Origin: a virus
Length of the DNA: 64,000 bases
Reading direction: 5' to 3' (one strand)
IMG/VR virus record: IMGVR_UViG_3300029922_000014
Location: 1-64,000 of that record
Part shown: positions 56,486-64,000 of the stretch, piece by piece
How the letters are laid out: every line of letters starts with the position of its first letter
Position numbering within the stretch: position 1 is the stretch's first letter
Translations under genes and position numbers: made by a program
Notes under the pieces: generated by a model
Databases searched by the model: none
Told to the model about the DNA's origin: nothing
Seen by the model: only the letters and a program-made list of their open reading frames with translations

Positions 56486-56908
56486 TCACTCGGCACGGCG
56501 CTTGGGCATGTTCTTGAGCATGCTGGCCGCAAACCCTGCCGTGACCACTCGCGGGGCAGGAGGCGGGGCATTCTCGACAAGGGGGTGTTCACTTGCGTTC
56601 CACTCGTCGTTGGTAACGACGCCCGTCTTTTTTGCCCTGGCTTCGAGGAGAGCACCCAGCGAGGTCACAACCTTGCCTTCTGGGGTCTTGGAACCGCCCG
56701 ATGAACCCGTCTGCGGGGCTCCAGGTGCCCTTTTTCCTTCGTCAACGGCCTTCGGGACGGGTTTGCCACCAGCACGCGCCAAAATACCGGCCACGCCCGA
56801 TGCAGGGGCCTTGGCGGATTGCATGCCAGCACGGGCTGGCGGCAGGGAATGCCCTGCCGGCGCAGCGGATGCGGACTCATCGAACTCAGGGCGTTGCGGC
56901 GCTGCCAC
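56486..56908 (-). CDS. low-complexity hypothetical protein
   Basis: AAAGGG RBS; operon packing. Confidence 0.55.
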   Translation of the reverse strand: MAAPQRPEFDESASAAPAGHSLPPARAGMQSAKAPASGVAGILARAGGKPVPKAVDEGKRAPGAPQTGSSGGSKTPEGKVVTSLGALLEARAKKTGVVTNDEWNASEHPLVENAPPPAPRVVTAGFAASMLKNMPKRRAE

Positions 56909-56937
56909 AGGATAGCCCTTTCACGTAGTCGAGGTGA

Positions 56938-58146
56938 TCAGGCTTTCTTGACGGATTCCGGCTTCGGTTCCGCGCGCCGGCCATTGGGCATGCGGCTCAG
57001 GATGCGGCTGGTGAGCCCGGCACCTTCCATGACGTTCGAGATGGCGTCGGTCTGGTGCGCGAGCAAGGACTTCTTGGCCTTGCCGGGCGCCTGCTTGCTG
57101 ACCGGGACTTTGGCCTTGACCTTGGACAGGAAGCTGGCCTTGGCCTTCTTCGCCGGTTCACCCTTCTTGGGGGCAGCCTGGGGCTTGGTGGTCGCGCCGG
57201 CCTTGATCTGGGCTGCGGTCTTCTTGGTCTTGTCGCCCGACTTGGCGGCGCCGGCAGCGGACTGGGCAGCGTGGCCGCCGATGAACTTCTTGTACTTCGC
57301 GACGCCGGCCTTCGAGCCGGTGCTGTAGTCCACCTTGCCGTTGGTGTTGTATTTGTCGCCGCGGCCGGCGGTGCCGGCCTTGGTGTAGGTGCCGCCGGAC
57401 TTGGCGCCGGGGGCGACGTATTTCTTCTGGCCGGGTTTGGCGCGGGCGATGACCTGCTTCGCGAGCATGGCCAGGGACATGCGCACGACCTTGTTCTTGC
57501 CCTGCTCGCCGCTCTTGCGGATCTTCACGAAGTCGCCCTTCGCCATCTCGGTCAGTTCGGCTTCGGTCATGTCGAGGTGGCCGACGATCGCAGCACGGCG
57601 GGTCTTCTCGGCCAGGGTGCTGACGGGCAGGTTCGAGATGTGGTGCAGGACCAGCATTTCCAGGTCGTCTTCGTCGACCATGTAGGCGGCGAGTTCGCCG
57701 GGGACCTGTTGGATGATGGCCGGGACGGATTCGTCCTTCTTGTCATCTTCCTTCTTTTTGCCCTTGGTGTCCTTGTCGTCTTCTTCGTCGTCCGCATCAT
57801 CCTCGTCTTCGTCGTCGGCATCTTCCTCTTCTTCCTCATCATCGGCGTCGTCGCCCTCTTCGTCATCCTCATCATCGGCCATGGCTTCACCGATGGCGCC
57901 GACGAAGGTCTCGTCGGTCGAGGCCTTGAGGTCGATGGTGCCGTGGAAGCGCTCGACGTGCGCGCGCAGTTCCTTGTCGGCCAGGATGGATTCGATCAGC
58001 ACGTCCCAGTCGACCGATTCCAGGAAGTCCTGGATGGTCTGGCCTTCGATGGTGAGCTTGTCGCCGTTGTAGAGGAGCGCGGCGACCGATTCGTCCGCAG
58101 CGGGGGCGATGGGTTCGTCGGCGCGCTGGGTGATGATGAGCGGCAT
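56938..58146 (-). CDS. putative prohead core/internal protein with poly-acidic tract and Lys/Ala-rich C-terminus
   Basis: AGGAG RBS; strong codon bias; about 35-residue D/E tract. Confidence 0.7.
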   Translation of the reverse strand: MPLIITQRADEPIAPAADESVAALLYNGDKLTIEGQTIQDFLESVDWDVLIESILADKELRAHVERFHGTIDLKASTDETFVGAIGEAMADDEDDEEGDDADDEEEEEDADDEDEDDADDEEDDKDTKGKKKEDDKKDESVPAIIQQVPGELAAYMVDEDDLEMLVLHHISNLPVSTLAEKTRRAAIVGHLDMTEAELTEMAKGDFVKIRKSGEQGKNKVVRMSLAMLAKQVIARAKPGQKKYVAPGAKSGGTYTKAGTAGRGDKYNTNGKVDYSTGSKAGVAKYKKFIGGHAAQSAAGAAKSGDKTKKTAAQIKAGATTKPQAAPKKGEPAKKAKASFLSKVKAKVPVSKQAPGKAKKSLLAHQTDAISNVMEGAGLTSRILSRMPNGRRAEPKPESVKKA

Positions 58147-58198
58147 GAGGTTGACTCCTGATCTGCTGGCGAGGGTAGGTTAAGAAGCGCGCACGTCC

Positions 58199-58215
58199 AC
58201 TGACACGGTGTCAGT
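58199..58215. promoter_or_regulatory. Dispersed palindrome (intergenic)
   Basis: ACTGACACGGTGTCAGT. Confidence 0.85.
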
Positions 58216-58223
58216 CCTTGGGA

Positions 58224-61200
58224 TCAGACGGCGGGAACGAAGCTGATGCCGGTGCCGGTGAAGACTGCCTGTACCTTTTCGGCCGCGATGCGACCGGTGG
58301 TGACGGTGACGGTGTTCTCTTCGATCTTCACTTCGGTGTCGCGCGGGGCACCGGCGTCCTCAGCGAATTGCAGGAACTCGTCGAGGCGATTGCGCGGGAA
58401 GGTGATCACCACCGTGGTGTAGTCAAGACCTTCGAGCGACAGTCCCTTTCCGAGGGTGCGCTTGATGATCGGGTTGGCATGGGTGATCTTGCGCGCCATC
58501 GCACGCCGGCCGGGGCCAGCCTTGTACGCTTCGACCAGCGCTTGGGTCTTCGCGCGGAAGTCCTCGGGCAGGTCGTTCTTGGCGCACTGCTCCATCTCCG
58601 CAAAGAACTCGTCGTCGTCCATGCGGCGGATGGATTCGACCCATTCCTTCACGGTGTCACCCACGGTGGACGGCATCTTGAAGTCGGCGGCGCTGCCCGT
58701 GGTCCCGCAGTTGTCGCAGGAGCACTTGCCGTCTTTCACGGTGATGCCCTGCGTGGCTTCGCACTTCGGACAGGCCATCTGCAAGTTCATGCTGGCGTTG
58801 CTGGTAGTGCCTTCAGGCACGGAAGCCGGAACGTCATCATCCCCCGCGCCGCCGGCATCGTTCTGCGGCCCCTTGGTCTTGGCATCGCGCACGCCGGTGT
58901 TGGTCTTCTTGACCTTCTTCTGATTGACCGCAACACCATCCGGATCGAGGTCTTCTTCAGACTCATCCAGCTTCTGGGCGTTGGCAGCCGCGACGCCGGC
59001 CTTGAAGCGCGGGTGACGTTCGACCGGATTTGCGTTCGGATCGAAGGTAGCTTGGTGCTTCTTGAAGTAGGTGTGGTCCTCGTCGGAGTGCTTCTTGAAC
59101 GTGGCCGCCAGCTTGTGGTTGCCTGCTTTCTCATGGCGGTCGGCCATGGTCCGCAGATACCCGGTACGCTGGGCGGCGTTCAGGTAGTTGGAATGGGTGA
59201 CGCCCTTCTTGTCGCCTTCGTCCATGCCCGAATCCGGCTTGGTCTTCGAGAAGCCGCCCTTGCTGCCGGGACCGGTCTGGACCAGCTTGTTGCTGGCCAC
59301 CTTGCCCTTCTTGCCCGGGATGCCGGTCTCCTTTTCGCCTTCGCCGTCCTCGCCGGTTTCCTCTTCCTCTTTGACCAGCTTGCCCGACCAGTTCTTGGGC
59401 TTGATCGCACCCATGCGGAAGTGCTTGGCGGTGAGGGTGTGGCGGCGACCTTTGCGATGAGCGCGGGCGGTCAGGCCTTCGACGACAGACGCGAGCAATT
59501 CCTTGCCTGCCGCTTCCGCGATGGCCTGAGCGGCTTCGAGCGCAAAGGCCGGTTCGTCTTCGGAGACGGCTTGGTCGTAGGCGTCGATCAGGTTGCTGTC
59601 GATGGTGGGGTCAGCACGGAACATCTCCGCCAGGACGTTGCCCATGGCGTCGTACCATTCGTTCTTGGACTGCGGCACGTAGACATAGCCCTGCTCCTGG
59701 GCCTTCTGGCTCAGATAGGCTTCGCCGTTCGAGAGGTCGTCCTGATCGGACAGGTCGCACTCGACGGAGTCGATGATCGCGCCGTCGCCGTCATAGCCCT
59801 TGCGGAGTTCGAGTTTGCCTTCGCCGGGAACGATGACCGCGCAGCCTTCATCCGGATCCTCGCCGGTGCTGTCGTCGTCGCCGTCGTCATCCTTGCCCGC
59901 ATACGGGCTGACGGTGCCGTTGCCTTCGCCGGGGAAGAGACCGGCCTTCTTGGCCTTGATCACTTCTTCGACGTCTTCCTTGGTGGCGTTTTTGGAATGG
60001 AGCGCGCGGGCGGCGGTCGCGAACGCCTTGTTGTCGGACGCTTTCTTGAAGTCGACCTTGAACTTGGCGTCGTCGGAAGCCGGCGCGGTGCCGCCATGCT
60101 CCGTAGCGAGCTTGCGCAGTTCCGCATGCGGGAGGTGCTTCTTGATCATCTCCATGTCGAAGGTGGTCGAGGTGTCCGACTCTTCGAGAGCTTCGTCGAT
60201 CGCCGGACCGCCGCCGGTCTGATGCCCCGGATTGGTCACCCAATGCCCGCGCGCGTTGTCTTCATTTCGCACCAGCATCTGGCCGAGTTGGAAGCGCAGG
60301 TCTTCATATTCGCGACGCTGGCTCTTGCCGCCGAGGTACAAGGTGGCGTCGTCATCGGGGCCGAGCTTGTCGGACAGGGAGTCGTTCACGCTGGCGTGGA
60401 GTTCCGCGATGCGCTTGCGGGCTTCCGCGGGATCGTAGGTGTTGGCGTCGTCTTCGTTGAGCGATTCTTTGACCTTTTCGGTGGGATGAATCCCCTCCAA
60501 ACGCTTGTGCTCTTCCTTTGCAGCCTTGATGAAGGCGGGGTGCTTCATGACATCTTCGGCGTCGCCTTCTTTTCTGACCTTGGCGTATTCCGCAGAGGCG
60601 CCAGTGAATGCGCTGTGCGCGTCATTCGCAGAGTGCATGAACGGGCCATTCTCGAACTTGGCACGTTTCGCGTGTTCGCGTTTCGCGTAGCTGTGCCCAG
60701 CATCTTCGGCATGATACTCGGCGGTCCTGGGAGTCTTCGGCACCGGCTTACGCTCGACATACGCTTCAGCCAAAGCAGCGTTGATTGACACGGTGTCAGT
60801 GTCATCGGTCACCGATTCATTCACGACCTTCTCACGCAGCTTGATGTCGAGGGCCTTGACCTTAGGGTCGGCCTTGAGCGCGACCATGATGGCATTCGCG
60901 AGCTTGTCGCCCTGGTCCTCGCACACCGTCTTGATGGCGCGCTGCATGACGAACTCGGCCAGTGCGTACGACGGAGTCTCGTCGATGAAGTTGTCGCTGC
61001 GGAAGCTGATGCCGCAGTAGTTGGCGTATGCTGCTGGCTGCCCCGCCGCCATGAGTCCCTTGTTTTCGCCATCGACGCCGACGATCTTCATCCAGGCTTC
61101 GGTGAGCGCGACGCTGGCGGCCTGCTCGTCGATCTCTTCGGATTCGGTGAGCTTGAGGAGGGACTTGTGGATGCCGTCCACGTCCTCTTTGGTCAGCTTC

Positions 61201-61679
61201 TTGGCCTGTTTGAGCTTGGTCGGGCCGGGGCCGGTCTTCTTGCCGGCGGGCTTCAGGTAATGCTGCTTGCCGCCCTTGGTGACGGTCATGGCGCAGGCCT
61301 TGCCTTCCTTCATGAAGGTGGCGATGGGCAGGCCGTCGACGATCGAGGTGACGATGGTAGTGCCGGCGGAAAGCGCGCGGAACTCCTCTTCGCTGATCGC
61401 GGTGGCATCGAGCCCTTTGATGAACTGCTTCTCTTCGGCGGTCGGCTTAAGGGTGGCGCCCACCAGTCGCCCATCATTGCCCATCAGCAGGCTGTGGGTG
61501 CCGCCGGCCATCACGAAGCCGTCGCAGGTCTCGTGCAGTTCGGTGACCTTGTCGCCCTTGGCCAGGAAGATGCCCTCGGCAGCTTCGAGCGCGAGCTTGG
61601 CGGCTTCGGAAAGCTTCGTCAGGTCGTGGGTCTTGGTGACCTTGGTGGCGAAACGGGCGGCGAGGGCTTCTGCGGACAT
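58224..61679 (-). CDS. large charged putative internal head protein with zinc ribbon
   Basis: AGGAG RBS; many (L/V)xE motifs; CPKC...CSCDNC. Confidence 0.7.
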   Translation of the reverse strand: MSAEALAARFATKVTKTHDLTKLSEAAKLALEAAEGIFLAKGDKVTELHETCDGFVMAGGTHSLLMGNDGRLVGATLKPTAEEKQFIKGLDATAISEEEFRALSAGTTIVTSIVDGLPIATFMKEGKACAMTVTKGGKQHYLKPAGKKTGPGPTKLKQAKKLTKEDVDGIHKSLLKLTESEEIDEQAASVALTEAWMKIVGVDGENKGLMAAGQPAAYANYCGISFRSDNFIDETPSYALAEFVMQRAIKTVCEDQGDKLANAIMVALKADPKVKALDIKLREKVVNESVTDDTDTVSINAALAEAYVERKPVPKTPRTAEYHAEDAGHSYAKREHAKRAKFENGPFMHSANDAHSAFTGASAEYAKVRKEGDAEDVMKHPAFIKAAKEEHKRLEGIHPTEKVKESLNEDDANTYDPAEARKRIAELHASVNDSLSDKLGPDDDATLYLGGKSQRREYEDLRFQLGQMLVRNEDNARGHWVTNPGHQTGGGPAIDEALEESDTSTTFDMEMIKKHLPHAELRKLATEHGGTAPASDDAKFKVDFKKASDNKAFATAARALHSKNATKEDVEEVIKAKKAGLFPGEGNGTVSPYAGKDDDGDDDSTGEDPDEGCAVIVPGEGKLELRKGYDGDGAIIDSVECDLSDQDDLSNGEAYLSQKAQEQGYVYVPQSKNEWYDAMGNVLAEMFRADPTIDSNLIDAYDQAVSEDEPAFALEAAQAIAEAAGKELLASVVEGLTARAHRKGRRHTLTAKHFRMGAIKPKNWSGKLVKEEEETGEDGEGEKETGIPGKKGKVASNKLVQTGPGSKGGFSKTKPDSGMDEGDKKGVTHSNYLNAAQRTGYLRTMADRHEKAGNHKLAATFKKHSDEDHTYFKKHQATFDPNANPVERHPRFKAGVAAANAQKLDESEEDLDPDGVAVNQKKVKKTNTGVRDAKTKGPQNDAGGAGDDDVPASVPEGTTSNASMNLQMACPKCEATQGITVKDGKCSCDNCGTTGSAADFKMPSTVGDTVKEWVESIRRMDDDEFFAEMEQCAKNDLPEDFRAKTQALVEAYKAGPGRRAMARKITHANPIIKRTLGKGLSLEGLDYTTVVITFPRNRLDEFLQFAEDAGAPRDTEVKIEENTVTVTTGRIAAEKVQAVFTGTGISFVPAV
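60783..60800. promoter_or_regulatory. Dispersed palindrome (in CDS, encodes TDTVSI)
   Basis: GATTGACACGGTGTCAGT. Confidence 0.85.
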
Positions 61680-61738
61680 GGATGGCTCCTGAACGATTGG
61701 GAGCCTCCGGGGGTGTGTGCGGCGCAACGGCCCCGCGG

Positions 61739-61996
61739 TCAGCACTCCAGTCGTTCCACCTGTCGTAGTGGACTGTCCACCTTTCGCAAGACAACGATGC
61801 CCAAACGCTTCCGGCGCTGTTTGGCTTCAGCAATACGACGCTTCAGGCTCGCGAGGTCTTTCCTGGATTGCTTGATGCGCCGTTTTGCAGTCGCGATCTT
61901 TTCCGCTTCGTTGCCCGGTCCCAGATAATATTCAGGATCGAGGCGTGTTCCGGCGCTCTGCGCGATGGTTTGTGCTGGAACGATTGCGATTCTCAC
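61739..61996 (-). CDS. small basic coiled-coil protein
   Basis: GTGA coupling; RLDPEYY motif. Confidence 0.55.
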   Translation of the reverse strand: MRIAIVPAQTIAQSAGTRLDPEYYLGPGNEAEKIATAKRRIKQSRKDLASLKRRIAEAKQRRKRLGIVVLRKVDSPLRQVERLEC

Positions 61997-62313
61997 AGCA
62001 GCCCCAGCGCCTTGGCCGCGATCACGTTCGCGTCTTCGGCAATGGTGGTCGCCAGTGCCATGCGCACGGCCTTCACCGGGTCAGGATCGAAGGCGGTCTT
62101 GCCGTTCGACAGGCAGCACTCGTAGTCCTGCCCGCTTCCGCCCCAGAGCAACACGCCCAGGCGCACCTGCCAGATCGCGTCGGGGATCTTGATGGTGATG
62201 TTCCAAGTCGATTCATAATTGGGCGACAGCGCGACGGTCCAGCCTTCGGGCCACTTCGCATCGGTGACCACCTTGATGGCAGCCTGCAATTCGCGTTCGT
62301 TGGCATCTTCCAT
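61993..62313 (-). CDS. hypothetical protein
   Basis: GGAG RBS; operon packing. Confidence 0.6.
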   Translation of the reverse strand: MEDANERELQAAIKVVTDAKWPEGWTVALSPNYESTWNITIKIPDAIWQVRLGVLLWGGSGQDYECCLSNGKTAFDPDPVKAVRMALATTIAEDANVIAAKALGLL

Positions 62314-62316
62314 GAC

Positions 62317-62547
62317 TCACTCCGACTCGCCAACGCGACGCATCCGGTGCGGTGCGAGGCTGGTGACGATGTTGTACCCGCATCCGTTGGTCGGACACGG
62401 CACGGTGTAGTCATCTTCAACTGCACCGGAAGGAACCACTTGGCAATCACCTTGCATACAGGTGATTTCACATTTGCAGTTATTACACTTCCCCTGGCGC
62501 GCGATCGTCTCCGGTAATTTTCCGGGTGTGGTTATCTTGACGGTCAT
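62317..62547 (-). CDS. small zinc-ribbon protein
   Basis: CNNC...CP..GC; first gene after P5. Confidence 0.65.
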   Translation of the reverse strand: MTVKITTPGKLPETIARQGKCNNCKCEITCMQGDCQVVPSGAVEDDYTVPCPTNGCGYNIVTSLAPHRMRRVGESE

Positions 62548-62622
62548 GGCGCATCCCCTGAGACGCACCATACGCCAACTGACACGATGTCAATCCATGT
62601 TTTCCGCATGACGCGGAAAGTC
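62548..62622 (-). promoter_or_regulatory. Promoter cassette P5 (TTTCCGC-N5-GCGGAAA 62601..62619; palindrome 62578..62595; TTGACA-N15-TATGGT)
   Basis: Direct inspection; lacks the GGTCC stem-loop. Confidence 0.75.
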
Positions 62623-63103
62623 AGCTTGCAGCGGTTCCCGTGGCCTTTTTTTCCTCTTCCGCGGCGTGGCAGTGCCGAGACAGCGCAGCATTGGTGAACG
62701 CCAGGAGCTTGTTGTATTCGACGTGCTTGGACGCCGCAGCGATTGCCTTGTCGAGGTCGGTCAGCGGATCAGCGGGAACATCGGCCGGAGCCACCGCCAC
62801 GGCTTCGTAGTGCTCACCGTCGAGCTTGACGGCACCGCAGCCCAGCAGATTCACCAGTGCGGACTCGATGGTGTCGCGGTCGCGGTCATAGCTCCGCTTC
62901 ATCGCTTCCATGTACTCCCGCTGGAACTTCTGCTGTTCCACCAATGTCTCCGCCCGGCGCTTCGGTTTGAACTGTTCCGTGTACGCCGGCAGGTATCTCC
63001 CCAGATCCTGACGGATGGCGGTCACCAGTTCGATCAGTGTCCCGCGCCCGTTTCTGCGAATCGTGTTGAGGATCAGAGAAGTTGAAATTGCGAGAGCGCT
63101 CAC
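62621..63103 (-). CDS. winged-helix-like protein
   Basis: IL.TIRRNG..TL.EL...IE.AL..L...G.V.....Y pattern. Confidence 0.55.
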   Translation of the reverse strand: MSALAISTSLILNTIRRNGRGTLIELVTAIRQDLGRYLPAYTEQFKPKRRAETLVEQQKFQREYMEAMKRSYDRDRDTIESALVNLLGCGAVKLDGEHYEAVAVAPADVPADPLTDLDKAIAAASKHVEYNKLLAFTNAALSRHCHAAEEEKKATGTAAS

Positions 63104-63380
63104 GCTTTACTCCGTCGTTGATGGACCAGAACGCAAAGCCCACATCCATGCTCTTGATGAGCCGTTTGGACTTCTGCAAGGAACGTAGCGTAGCGTTGAT
63201 CACGAACCATTCAAAGGTCAGGTGATCTTCGAGAAATCCAGCGGTGACGCCCGCGTGATTCTTTGGGCTCTTCCGGCGCTCGAACAGCAGGGCCTGAATT
63301 GCGACACCGCACGCTTCGATCTTGGCCGGATCAACTGATCGCCCTGATGGGGCAATGCGATCGTCTTCGTCGTCAGTCAC
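62886..63380 (-). CDS. winged-helix-like protein (first ~92 aa credible; remainder overlaps the next gene)
   Basis: GVTA..L...L......INATL.SL.K...I pattern. Confidence 0.45.
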   Translation of the reverse strand: MTDDEDDRIAPSGRSVDPAKIEACGVAIQALLFERRKSPKNHAGVTAGFLEDHLTFEWFVINATLRSLQKSKRLIKSMDVGFAFWSINDGVKRERSRNFNFSDPQHDSQKRARDTDRTGDRHPSGSGEIPAGVHGTVQTEAPGGDIGGTAEVPAGVHGSDEAEL

Positions 63381-63383
63381 GTA

Positions 63384-63956
63384 TCACGCCAGCCGGATCT
63401 TGATGTTGGCGACGGTGTTTTGTACGGCCATCAGCGCGGAACCTGCGGCAGCGGCGAGGCGGTTGGCGATGAAGGTGCGATGTTCAGGACGGAGTTCGGT
63501 GGCAACCAGCCAGCATTGGATCGGAAGGTAGACGGCGGCGGCGCGCTCTTCCGGGCGGATCTGCACGCTGGCGTCGATGAACTCTGCGATACGTCCGATT
63601 TGCGCGGTCTCCAGGCATTCGACGACCTGTTCACGGATTCGGATGCCCACTACGGATGCCGGTTTTGGGGTTCGGGAAAGAAGGCGACCGAAGCTGACGG
63701 TTCGAGTGTCGTTCGCGTAGGGCAGCCCGGTCGAGGCGTCGATCAGATCGGAGATGGGGTGGCCTTCCTTGAGCTTCTTGCCGATGGCGACTACTTCGCG
63801 GAGGTCGCCGGCTGAATAGACCCGATAACCGTTGTCGTCGCGGCGGGGGCGGGGCCAGTGCAAGCGCTGTTCCCAGGCGCGCAGCTTTTCCTGGGGGATG
63901 CCGGATAGATCGGCCACGTCGGAAATGGAATATTCTTGCTTGGTCAACGTGGCCAT
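63384..63956 (-). CDS. MerR-family transcriptional regulator (CarA/MlrA-like HTH)
   Basis: YSISDVA.LSGI....LRAWE.R...P.P.R...GYRVYS..DL. Confidence 0.9.
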   Translation of the reverse strand: MATLTKQEYSISDVADLSGIPQEKLRAWEQRLHWPRPRRDDNGYRVYSAGDLREVVAIGKKLKEGHPISDLIDASTGLPYANDTRTVSFGRLLSRTPKPASVVGIRIREQVVECLETAQIGRIAEFIDASVQIRPEERAAAVYLPIQCWLVATELRPEHRTFIANRLAAAAGSALMAVQNTVANIKIRLA

Positions 63957-64000
63957 GGGGTTCTCCGGGGTCAGTGGGTGGACTCCAGAGCGTTCCAATC

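Noticed and set aside
17288-58215. Late-region palindromes as additional TTGACA-N15 promoters
   Set aside because: The sites I checked lack a TAnnnT at the matching distance on either strand and lack the TTTCCGC box
58218-60788. 856-aa plus-strand ORF (also 29787..31640, 34943..36358, 43300..44667 and others)
   Set aside because: Antisense shadows of strongly codon-biased minus-strand genes; no motifs or RBS
81-62595. Palindromes as CRISPR repeats, REP/MITE elements or integron attC sites
   Set aside because: Kilobase, irregular spacing; only 17-19 bp; many in-frame within essential genes; no cas, transposase or integrase in the window
1-64000. tRNA/rRNA genes, inteins, stop-codon reassignment, portal/terminase
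   Set aside because: None recognised by eye; genes read intact in the standard code; portal and terminase are presumably outside the window

Overview
A high-GC, gene-dense segment of a large contractile-tailed (myovirus, T4-superfamily-like) phage or prophage, transcribed almost entirely on the minus strand. Reading from right to left: a MerR-family regulator and two winged-helix-like proteins; putative internal head/core proteins; a 2450-aa multidomain effector (Nudix + HipA/PI-kinase-like + possible ADP-ribosyltransferase fold); prohead protease-scaffold fusion; gp23-like major capsid; two free-standing HNH endonucleases; neck, tail terminator, sheath, tube, chaperone, tape measure, baseplate, spike and fibre genes; small accessory genes; an SF2 helicase and a Dam-like methyltransferase. 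Most long plus-strand ORFs are antisense shadows. The strongest unexplained signal is a dispersed palindrome, (GAT/AC)TGACA-CGN-TGTCA(ATC/GT), present at least 23 times, about every 1-5 kb. Ten copies lie inside coding sequences, eight are at gene boundaries, and five form the -35 region of a stereotyped promoter cassette with a second palindrome, a 15-bp spacer and usually a leader stem-loop. Other notable items: a direct-repeat-flanked helicase/Dam cassette, a start-less gp51-like ORF that needs a +1/-2 frameshift, and nested or permuted domain insertions in virion proteins. All protein calls are from motif recognition only; no database searches were run.
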